Assembly (NCBI GenBank): GCA_034408725.1
Contig: JAWXCN010000089.1
Coordinates: 1 to 20,097, forward strand
Source: Candidatus Hydrogenedentota bacterium
GTDB lineage: Bacteria > Hydrogenedentota > Hydrogenedentia > Hydrogenedentales > SLHB01
Reading direction: 5' to 3'
Length of the DNA: 20,097 nucleotides
Shown: positions 1 through 7,672 of the stretch, piece by piece
Layout of the letters: each line of letters begins with the position of its first letter
How positions within the stretch are numbered: position 1 is the stretch's first letter
The notes under the pieces: generated by a model
Told to the model about the DNA's origin: nothing
Database searches by the model: none
The model's input: only the letters and a program-made list of their open reading frames with translations
Translations under genes and position numbers: made by a program

Positions 1-334
1 AACGCTGGTGCATCTGCAACCGTTCAATATACCGGGAGCCTATACGTGGTTGGCGACGCCGCATTACGCAGTGCCGGCATGGTTGAACGAAAAATTTCAG
101 GCGAACAACATGATGGTGCGGTTGCCCGCGGTGGACGTGGTCGAGCCGCGGCAGTACACGTATCAGTTTCGCGGAGGGCTCGTGGATGCGTCCGGGCAAA
201 TGCTTGGAACCGTTGCGGGCACGTATTACCTGGGGGAAGCGGCGGGACAGTATGCGCGCGCGATTGAAGGCAGTTATGAATACCGGCTTGTGGATGGGAG
301 GGTGGATGCGAATACGTTCCAGTTCGTAGAGTGA
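1..334 (+). CDS. C-terminal part of a hypothetical protein (5' end outside the window)
   Basis: Frame is open from base 2 to TGA at 332-334, with coding-like codon usage; no family recognised. Confidence 0.6.
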   Translation, partial: TLVHLQPFNIPGAYTWLATPHYAVPAWLNEKFQANNMMVRLPAVDVVEPRQYTYQFRGGLVDASGQMLGTVAGTYYLGEAAGQYARAIEGSYEYRLVDGRVDANTFQFVE

Positions 335-388
335 TCGCCAGGATTGTTAAGTACGCACAGGGTTTACGCTAACAAGGGGATAAGCAGA

Positions 389-808
389 ATGAATCGAATT
401 CGATGGATTGCGCTGCTGGCATTTCTGGCGCCTGCTTTTGCAATAGAAGACTCGGAGGAACAAAGGATAGCGCAGGCGAACCGTTACATTGCGGCAACGC
501 CTCCCAAAGAGTTGTTCGCGGATTTGGCGGACAAAATGGCGAGCAACCTTCCGGAGGAGTCCAGGCAGGCATTTCGCGATTTCATGACCAAGCACTTCGA
601 TGTTGAGTCGCTTACCAACTCGATGCGGAACGTTATGACGAATCATTTCACGGCGGATGAATTGAAAGCGTTGGCGGATTTTTATGGATCGCCCGTGGGG
701 AAATCCGTGATGAAGAAATTTGGTGCATACATGGCCGAAATGGGACCCGTCATCGAGTCAGAGCTTGCAAAAGCCGAGGCATTGGCCACCCGCGATCTCG
801 CCCAGTAA
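389..808 (+). CDS. DUF2059-like exported protein
   Basis: ATG at 389 after AAGGGGA; Sec-type signal MNRIRWIALLAFLAPAFA; motif HFTADELKALADFYGSPVGK matches the DUF2059 pattern (FT.eEL..l..FY.Sp.G.k). Confidence 0.8.
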   Translation: MNRIRWIALLAFLAPAFAIEDSEEQRIAQANRYIAATPPKELFADLADKMASNLPEESRQAFRDFMTKHFDVESLTNSMRNVMTNHFTADELKALADFYGSPVGKSVMKKFGAYMAEMGPVIESELAKAEALATRDLAQ

Positions 809-811
809 CGT

Positions 812-1621
812 CTACCTGTCGTACGCCATGTTGTGGGCTTCCCAGTCGATGATGCTGGAGTCGAAGACGGGGCCGTCAAGGCATACGCGGACCATTTTTT
901 CGCCGTCCTGCTCGCTCTTGGATTCGACGACACAGCCGAGGCATGCGCCGTCGCCGCAGGCCATTTGCGCTTCAAGCGACACGAGGCAGTCCGCGCCCGC
1001 GGCCATTGCGACTTCCGAGGTTGTTTTCATCATGATCATCGGGCCACAAACGTACACGCGGGAGTTGGCGCCCGGTTTGAGTTTTGCGAGCATTTGAGAT
1101 GCGTAGAGTTTTTCGCCCGCGGAGCCGTCATCGGTTGCAATATGGACTTTACAGCCCATCGCGCGAAACTCATCGGCGCAGAGAATAAGATGTTTTGATC
1201 TTGCGGCGAGGATGATTTCCGGCGTGGCGTCGCACTTTCGGACGAGTGCCTCGGCGAGGGCCGGAAACGTGGCTACACCAATCCCGCCCGCGACGATGAT
1301 ATGCCGTTCGAATTTACAATCGATGAGAAATCCCTTGCCGAGGGGACCTTGAACGCCGAGGGAGGCGCCGGGACGCATTTTCGAGAGAAGACTTGTGCCT
1401 TCACCCTCGACCTTATACAAGATTGAGACGTGATCGCGCGTGATGCGTTCGAAACACATGGGCCGGCGCAGGAAGGGATAGAGTCCTTCTGCGACCTGCA
1501 TCATGCAGAACTGTCCGGCCACGGCGGTGCGCGCAATCTCCGGCGCGTGCAGACGCATCCGATACTGGTCCGGCGCAACTTCTTCGTTTTCGGCAACGTC
1601 ACATTCGAGCAGATAGCGCAT
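812..1621 (-). CDS. pyrK: Dihydroorotate dehydrogenase electron transfer subunit (FAD/NAD/2Fe-2S)
   Basis: Motifs LRRP, GPLGKGF, AGGIGVA, YVCGP, and the 2Fe-2S ligands MACGDGACLGC...RVCLDGPVF. Confidence 0.88.
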   Translation of the reverse strand: MRYLLECDVAENEEVAPDQYRMRLHAPEIARTAVAGQFCMMQVAEGLYPFLRRPMCFERITRDHVSILYKVEGEGTSLLSKMRPGASLGVQGPLGKGFLIDCKFERHIIVAGGIGVATFPALAEALVRKCDATPEIILAARSKHLILCADEFRAMGCKVHIATDDGSAGEKLYASQMLAKLKPGANSRVYVCGPMIMMKTTSEVAMAAGADCLVSLEAQMACGDGACLGCVVESKSEQDGEKMVRVCLDGPVFDSSIIDWEAHNMAYDR

Positions 1622-1643
1622 TCGGGTCCTTCAGCATTTGGTT

Positions 1644-2729
1644 TTATCGGCGCACGCGGTCCATTGCCAATTGATTGCGGAGCGTATTCAGGCTCAGGCG
1701 AATGCGTTCGGCCAACACTTCGCCGATGCCGTCAACGGTGCAGAGGTCTTCTTTCGGCGCGCGCATAATCTGTTGCAACGATCCGAATTTCTGCACCAGG
1801 TTTTCGATGATCTGCGGCGTGAGCCGGCGCGTTTGGGTGAGCACGCGATACCCTCGTGGAGAAAGGTAGGTGTCGATACTCTTCATGTTGCCTCCGAAGC
1901 CGAGCGCATTGCTGATGTTCGGGAGATCGAGCAGTTCCTGGGAGGTGATTTCGTCGATGCGCTCGAGTATCTGCTCGTACCGCAGACCTTGCTTTTCGCG
2001 GTAATAGTCTTTGGTCACGAGCTGTGCTTCCTCGAACGGAATGACCAGCTCTTTCAGTTGCATCTCAACCAATCGGCCTTCAATGCCCAATTCGAGGATG
2101 TATGGTTCAATTTCTTCGGCAATGCGCGTGCCCATTTCGCAACGCTGGACCGCTTTGCACACGTCAAAGATGGTAACGACGTCTTCAAACTCGCGGGTGC
2201 TCAAATCCGTGGTGGCCTGATCGAGCGCGCGCACATATTTTTCGAGCGTGTTGAGCGCCTGCATGGACTTGTTCAAGAGGGTGGAGATGCTGTCGAGCAC
2301 GTGCTTGACGTCCTGGACGTACAGGGTCACGCTCGAGCGGCGCTCGGACACGGCGACGACGATGCATCCGGCCTGCTTGGCGAGGCGTTCTGCCGCGCGG
2401 TGGCGCGTGCCGGTTTCGTCGGTTGGAATCGCGGAATCCGTCTTGATAAAACGGTTGGCGTAGATAATTTTGCTGGCATCGGCGTTGAGAATAATCGCGC
2501 CGTCCATTTTCGCGAGTTCGTACAGGAGTTGCGGGGTGTATTCGGTATCGATTTCGACACCGCCTTCGGACAGTTCCGCGAGGCGTTTCGCATCCCCGAT
2601 ACACAACAAAGCGCCGTTTTCACTTTGAATGATCGCGGCGATTGCTTCGCGTAACTGGGTGCCTGGCGACACCATCATCAGCGCATCGCGCAGGGCGGCT
2701 CTTGCGGTCTTTCGTATTTTTTTTGCCAT
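1644..2729 (-). CDS. disA: DNA integrity scanning diadenylate cyclase DisA (c-di-AMP synthase)
   Basis: DAC catalytic motifs ELAKMDGA and ETGTRHR, helical linker, C-terminal HhH (VDGIG); start set at ATG 2729 (MAKKIRK); lies directly downstream of radA. Confidence 0.93.
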   Translation of the reverse strand: MAKKIRKTARAALRDALMMVSPGTQLREAIAAIIQSENGALLCIGDAKRLAELSEGGVEIDTEYTPQLLYELAKMDGAIILNADASKIIYANRFIKTDSAIPTDETGTRHRAAERLAKQAGCIVVAVSERRSSVTLYVQDVKHVLDSISTLLNKSMQALNTLEKYVRALDQATTDLSTREFEDVVTIFDVCKAVQRCEMGTRIAEEIEPYILELGIEGRLVEMQLKELVIPFEEAQLVTKDYYREKQGLRYEQILERIDEITSQELLDLPNISNALGFGGNMKSIDTYLSPRGYRVLTQTRRLTPQIIENLVQKFGSLQQIMRAPKEDLCTVDGIGEVLAERIRLSLNTLRNQLAMDRVRR

Positions 2730-2819
2730 GCGTTGGTCCCATGTTGCGATGTTTGATTTCGGGCAGTGTAGCGAATTTGAACAGGAATTTACGACTATTG
2801 CGGCATTGTGCAAGTTTCG

Positions 2820-4181
2820 CTATCGGTCCAGCGCAATATCAATCGCTTGAGACACCGTGTTCACGGGCACAATGTCGATTTCGCATTCGCGGACATCGGC
2901 CGCGCAGGATTTCGGAAGAATGCAGCGCGTGAAGCCAAATTTCTCGGCTTCCGTCACGCGGCTGCGCGCCATATCGACGGCGCGAATCTCGCCTGCAAGG
3001 CCGATTTCGCCGAACACAGCGAGGTGGGGCTGGACCGGCGCTTCGAGCAGGCTGGACATGAGCGCGACCGCGATGGCGAGGTCGGCGGCGGGTTCATCGA
3101 GACGCACGCCGCCGGCGACGTTCACGAAGACATCCTTGTCAGCGATGTGCGCGCCAGCGCGTTTTTCCAGGACAGCAAGAATGAGCGCGACGCGGTTGGG
3201 ATTGATGCCGGCGACCGTGCGGCGTGGGGACGCAAGCGGCGTATCTCCAACGAGGGCCTGGACCTCGACGAGCAGCGGCCGAGTGCCTTCGACGCTGGGG
3301 ATAACGACGGAGCCGCTGACGCCTTGCGGGCGTTCGCTGAGGAATAGCGCGCTGGGGTTGGGGACTTCGCGCAGACCGGCCTCGGTCATTTCGAATACGC
3401 CGATCTCGTTGGTTGATCCGAAACGGTTTTTCACCGCGCGGAGAATGCGCAGGGCTTGCTTCCCTTCGCCCTCGAAATACAACACAGTATCGACGAGATG
3501 TTCGAGCAGGCGCGGTCCGGCTATGGAACCGTCCTTCGTGACGTGGCCGACGAGAATGATGGGTATGCCGTTGCCTTTCGCCAAGCGCAGGAATTCGTTG
3601 GAACAATCGCGGACCTGGCTGATGCTGCCTGGGACCGCAGCCAGTTCGGGCGTGTACATTGACTGAATCGAGTCTACGACGACAAGGCTGAACGGATGCT
3701 TGCTGATTTGATCGCGGACGGCGGGCAGCGAGGTTTCCGTGTAGACCATGAGGCGGTCGCTGAGGGTGCCCAGGCGTCCCGCGCGCATGCGGGTTTGTTC
3801 AAATGATTCCTCGCCGGAAACGTATAAGACGGGGCCAGCGGCGTCGGCGATGTAATGCGACACCTGCAACATGAGCGTTGACTTGCCGATTCCGGGATCG
3901 CCACCAACCAGGATGAGCGAGCCAGGAACGATGCCGCCGCCGAGGACACGATCGAACTCGGTTAAGGGAGTGGCCTGGCGGATGGGAGCCGGTTGCGAAC
4001 GATCTGTAATAGGTGTTGGAGACGAGCCCTCCTTGAACGCGGGGCGGGTGTGCGATCCCGGTTCAGTGATTTGCTCTTCGACGACGCAATTCCATTCGTT
4101 GCACTCGGGGCACCGCCCGGCCCAGCGGACGAGGATCGATCCGCAGGATTGACACACAAAGGTCGTTTTCGTCTTCGCCAT
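2820..4181 (-). CDS. radA: DNA repair protein RadA/Sms
   Basis: N-terminal C4 zinc finger (CQSC...CPEC), Walker A GDPGIGKST, KNRFG motif, Lon-like C-terminus; ATG 4181 preceded by AGGGGGA. Confidence 0.96.
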   Translation of the reverse strand: MAKTKTTFVCQSCGSILVRWAGRCPECNEWNCVVEEQITEPGSHTRPAFKEGSSPTPITDRSQPAPIRQATPLTEFDRVLGGGIVPGSLILVGGDPGIGKSTLMLQVSHYIADAAGPVLYVSGEESFEQTRMRAGRLGTLSDRLMVYTETSLPAVRDQISKHPFSLVVVDSIQSMYTPELAAVPGSISQVRDCSNEFLRLAKGNGIPIILVGHVTKDGSIAGPRLLEHLVDTVLYFEGEGKQALRILRAVKNRFGSTNEIGVFEMTEAGLREVPNPSALFLSERPQGVSGSVVIPSVEGTRPLLVEVQALVGDTPLASPRRTVAGINPNRVALILAVLEKRAGAHIADKDVFVNVAGGVRLDEPAADLAIAVALMSSLLEAPVQPHLAVFGEIGLAGEIRAVDMARSRVTEAEKFGFTRCILPKSCAADVRECEIDIVPVNTVSQAIDIALDR

Positions 4182-4270
4182 ATCGAAACCAATCCCCCTA
4201 TTCGCCTTTGAATGGGCGAATATGCTACTACTTTGCATCTTTTGTTTGCGGCAACCTTTGCGGGAACACC

Positions 4271-5527
4271 ATGGAAAAACTGACTTTTTTGACCGAAGCG
4301 CACGTGCGCGGCATTCGCGGCAATTATGGCACGCCGACCTATGTGTATGATGAAGAAACCCTACGGGCCTATGCAAAGGCGGTGCTGGCGTTTCCGAATC
4401 CCTATGGGTTGACGGCGCGATATGCGATGAAGGCGCTGCCAAGTGTCGCAGTGACGCAGATTTTTTCGAGCATGGGGCTGCACGTGGACTGTAGCAGCGG
4501 ATACGAAGCCGAGCGCGCACTTCGCGCGGGCGTGCCCGCGGACCACATTCAGATCACGGCCCAGCAATTGCCGCACAATCTGTCGGAGCTGGTTGAGCAG
4601 GGGGTGCAGTTTACGGCGTGTTCCCTGCACCAGCTCGAGGCGTACGGCAACCTGTTTCCTAATTCCGAAGTATGCGTGCGGATCAACTCAGGGCTCGGTT
4701 CCGGCCATAGCAATCGCACGAACGTTGGGGGGCCGTCCGCAAGTTTTGGAATCTGGCACGAGTACCTGCCGCAGGTGATCGCGATTGCGGAGCGGTGCAA
4801 CGTCACCATCACGCGAATGCACACGCACATTGGATCGGGCGCCGATCCCGAAGTGTGGCATACCTGCGCGCAGTTGTCGCTCGGGATTGCCGCGCGACTG
4901 CCGGAAGTGCGCACGTTAAGCCTTGGCGGTGGTTTCAAAGTGGGGCGGATGGCGCTCGAACCTACAGCGGACCTGCGGAATATTGGAAACCGCGTTGCGA
5001 AGGACTGGGAAGCGTTTTATCTCAAGCACGGGCGCAAACTGCACATGGAAATTGAACCAGGCACTTATCTTGTCGCGAGTGCCGGAGCGATTGTGTGTAC
5101 GGTGATTGATATCGTGGATACGGGCGCGAATGGGTACAGTTTCATCAAGACGGATACGGGCATGACCGAGGTGATTCGTCCGAGCATGTACGGCGCGCAA
5201 CATCCGATCGTCGTCGTGCCCGCGACGGACGAGAAGCGCGGGGTGAAAGATTACATCGTCGTTGGACATTGCTGCGAAAGCGGAGACGTGTTGACGCCGG
5301 AACCGGGCAACCCCGAGGGGTTGCAACCGCGCACACTGAAGGAAGCTAAGATCGGCGACTTGCTGGTGATCGGCGGGACGGGGGCGTATTGCGCGGGGAT
5401 GTCGGCGAAGAATTACAATTCATTTCCGGAAGCGCCTGAAGTGTTGCTCACGTCAAAGGATGATTTCAGGCTCGTGCGCGAGCGGCAAACGCTGGAGCAG
5501 ATGATCGCGAATGAGATTGCGTTGTGA
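4271..5527 (+). CDS. lysA: Diaminopimelate decarboxylase
   Basis: GTPTYVYD, PLP lysine YAMKA, HTHIGSG, LGGGF, EPG, CESGD, GAYCAGMS..YNS; ATG at 4271. Confidence 0.92.
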   Translation: MEKLTFLTEAHVRGIRGNYGTPTYVYDEETLRAYAKAVLAFPNPYGLTARYAMKALPSVAVTQIFSSMGLHVDCSSGYEAERALRAGVPADHIQITAQQLPHNLSELVEQGVQFTACSLHQLEAYGNLFPNSEVCVRINSGLGSGHSNRTNVGGPSASFGIWHEYLPQVIAIAERCNVTITRMHTHIGSGADPEVWHTCAQLSLGIAARLPEVRTLSLGGGFKVGRMALEPTADLRNIGNRVAKDWEAFYLKHGRKLHMEIEPGTYLVASAGAIVCTVIDIVDTGANGYSFIKTDTGMTEVIRPSMYGAQHPIVVVPATDEKRGVKDYIVVGHCCESGDVLTPEPGNPEGLQPRTLKEAKIGDLLVIGGTGAYCAGMSAKNYNSFPEAPEVLLTSKDDFRLVRERQTLEQMIANEIAL

Positions 5528-5546
5528 AAAGCGCAGTAATTTTTTG

Positions 5547-5629
5547 CTGGCTACGAATTAACTCGAATCCTTCCTGGCGGAGAGCGTGAAGAAGTTCTCG
5601 CGCGCTGTCAACCCGGCGCGAAAAGTCAT
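5547..5629 (-). pseudogene. hicA: Truncated, frameshifted HicA-like toxin remnant
   Basis: ATG at 5629 overlaps the hicB TGA (ATGA); a shifted frame reads SARELLHALRQEGFELIRSQ, like a HicA N-terminal helix-beta unit, but the GSH catalytic motif and the rest are missing before the lysA 3' end. Confidence 0.6.
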
Positions 5630-5870
5630 ACGTTGATTAATACGGCGGGAGATGGAATCTCTAAAGCGCCGAGAGTCTCATCAACAGGAATCGGCTCTCC
5701 CATGGCCGTCAAATCATCTATACGGCTTCCCGTATTTTTGACAACGCCTCCTCGGAAGTCCTGCCCCAACTATGGCACCCTTTGAGGGCGGGGCATGACG
5801 CCTGGAATACAGGCCTACCGTCTGGAAATACATCCGGCTTCATTTCAATATGAAATACCAAAGAGCGCAC
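5626..5870 (-). pseudogene. hicB: Frameshifted HicB-family antitoxin
   Basis: GTG 5870 with GGGAGAG RBS gives MRSLVFHIEMKPDVFPDGRPVFQASCPALKGCHSWGRTSEEALSKIREAV* (TAG 5720-5718, 50 aa); another frame continues DDLTAMGEPIPVDETLGALEIPSPAVLINV* (5718-5626), with the typical GEPIP motif. Confidence 0.8.
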
Positions 5871-5901
5871 CGAGATTACTCTCCCATACGTTCAGCTTTA
5901 T

Positions 5902-5929
5902 ATTATAGCGCGATGCCGGAGAAAATCAA
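5902..5929 (-). promoter_or_regulatory. sigma70-type promoter for the hicB-hicA remnant
   Basis: Minus strand TTGATT (5929-5924), 16 nt, TATAAT (5907-5902), ~30 nt upstream of the GTG start. Confidence 0.55.
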
Positions 5930-6006
5930 CTGATATCGCTTTGCGCTGTCGCCCGGTTGCCGTTGAGGCCATGCGTAGCCGCGATAATTTTTTCAGGAGA
6001 CATGCG

Positions 6007-6204
6007 TTGTCCAATGAATTTTCTATGGTGATGGAACAAGATGGCGAATGGTACGTAGCGTATTGCCCCGAAATTCCGGGTGCAAACGGTCAAGGAAAGG
6101 CCATCGAGGAATGCCAGGAAAGTCTGACCGCGGCAATCGCATTGATACTGGAAGATCGCCGGGAAGATATTCTGCGAGGCGCGCCAAATAAGACAAACAG
6201 GTGA
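6007..6204 (+). CDS. hicB: HicB-family antitoxin (short, orphan)
   Basis: TTG 6007 six nt after AGGAGA; EQDGEWYVAYCPEIPGANGQG...ECQESL..AIALILEDRRED is a typical HicB/UPF0150 domain; no hicA follows. Confidence 0.78.
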   Translation: MSNEFSMVMEQDGEWYVAYCPEIPGANGQGKAIEECQESLTAAIALILEDRREDILRGAPNKTNR

Positions 6205-6297
6205 GGCGCTTGCGGTTTGCTTCCCGTTGATCCACAATGTTTCTTTGTTGCGGGCATATTGGTTGCTACACATACATCGATTCAGGGAGGATTTCCT

Positions 6298-7593
6298 ATG
6301 CCAGTTTCACGCAGGCAATTCATGGGGCGGTCGGGCGCGGCGATGATCGCGGGCACGATGGCGTCTTCATCGGTATGGGGCGCGAACGAGCGCGTCAGCA
6401 TGGCGGTGATCGGGTTTGGTGGAAGGGGTGGCGAGCACATTGATAACTGGTGCTCGCACCCGAACTCCGAACTGGTCGCGTTGTGCGACGTTGATCAGAA
6501 GATTCTCGACCAAGGCGTCGCGGATGTGTCGAAGAAGACCAATGCGAAGGTCAAGGGTTTTAAGGACATGCGCGAGCTTTTCGACGACAAATCCATCGAC
6601 GGCGTGTCTATCGCGACGCCGAACCATTGGCACACGCTTTCGGCGATCTGGGCAATGGAAGCGGGCAAAGACGTATACGTTGAGAAGCCCTGTTCCCACA
6701 ATGTGTGGGAAGGTCGTCAGTTGGTGAATGCCGCGAAGAAGTACAACAAGATCATTCAGCACGGCACACAGATTCGCAGCAGCGAATCGATTCGTGAGGC
6801 GATGCAAAAGCTTCAGGAAGGCATCATCGGCGAGGTGTACATGGCGCGGGGACTTTGCTACAAGCGCCGCGCTTCGATCGACAAGAAGCCGCGCGGCGCG
6901 GCGCCGGAGAACCTGGACTGGAGCATGTGGCAAGGCCCTGCGCAAGAGCGCGAGTATAGCCCGAACGTCGTGCCGTACAACTGGCACTGGACCTATGATT
7001 TTGGCAACAGCGATCTGGGCAATCAAGGCGTACACCAGATGGACATCGCGCGCTGGGCGCTGAACGTCAAGATGCCGAGCAAGGTCACGGGCATGGGCGG
7101 AAAATACCTGTGGGACGATGACAAAGAAACGCCAAATTTCATTACGACCTCTTTTCATTACCCCGATGCGGGCGAGATGGGCAAACAGCTCGTGTTTGAA
7201 GTGCGCCCGTGGATTTCTAACGACGAAGGCGGCGCCAACATAGGCGTCCTGATCTATGGCAAGGAAGGCTACATGGTCATTCCGAGCTATTCCAAGTACG
7301 AAACCTTCCTGGGCGAAAAGAAAGAGCCGGGGCCGAGTGGCGACAAGGGCGGCGATCACTGGGCAAATTTCCTCGAAGCAGTTACAACACGTGACGCTTC
7401 GATTTTGAACGCGCCAATAGAAGATGGTCATTACTCGTCGGCGCTGTGTCACCTGGGACTGTTGTCGTCGCGGCTTGGCCGGTCCTTTGATTTCGATCCC
7501 GCCACGGAGCAAATCATCGGTGATGACGAAGCAAACGGGATGTTGACACGGAAATATCGCGAACCGTTTGTGGTGCCGGCGATCGAGGCGTAA
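6298..7593 (+). CDS. Tat-exported Gfo/Idh/MocA family oxidoreductase
   Basis: ATG 6298 after GGGAGG; twin-arginine signal SRRQFM; IGFGGRG Rossmann motif, IATPNHWH, YVEKP, GVHQMD. Confidence 0.92.
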   Translation: MPVSRRQFMGRSGAAMIAGTMASSSVWGANERVSMAVIGFGGRGGEHIDNWCSHPNSELVALCDVDQKILDQGVADVSKKTNAKVKGFKDMRELFDDKSIDGVSIATPNHWHTLSAIWAMEAGKDVYVEKPCSHNVWEGRQLVNAAKKYNKIIQHGTQIRSSESIREAMQKLQEGIIGEVYMARGLCYKRRASIDKKPRGAAPENLDWSMWQGPAQEREYSPNVVPYNWHWTYDFGNSDLGNQGVHQMDIARWALNVKMPSKVTGMGGKYLWDDDKETPNFITTSFHYPDAGEMGKQLVFEVRPWISNDEGGANIGVLIYGKEGYMVIPSYSKYETFLGEKKEPGPSGDKGGDHWANFLEAVTTRDASILNAPIEDGHYSSALCHLGLLSSRLGRSFDFDPATEQIIGDDEANGMLTRKYREPFVVPAIEA

Positions 7594-7612
7594 TCAGAAA
7601 TTTTACAATGTG

Positions 7613-7657
7613 CGCGCGGGGCGGACCGGAGAACGGTCTGCCCCGCGCGTTTTATTT
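7613..7657 (+). terminator. Intrinsic terminator between convergent genes
   Basis: 16-bp stem CGCGCGGGGCGGACCG / CGGTCTGCCCCGCGCG (one G-U pair), loop GAGAA, followed by TTTTATTT. Confidence 0.85.
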
Positions 7658-7672
7658 AGAGTGGGGTGGACG

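Noticed and set aside
1638-2654. 338-aa plus-strand ORF
   Set aside because: Antisense shadow of disA; no recognisable motifs; long shadow ORFs are common in GC-rich DNA.
4182-4520. 113-aa N-terminal extension of RadA in the ORF track
   Set aside because: Overlaps the divergent lysA; the canonical MAK..FVC start with an RBS is at 4181.
6367-7512. 381-aa minus-strand ORF
   Set aside because: Antisense to the well-supported Gfo/Idh/MocA gene.
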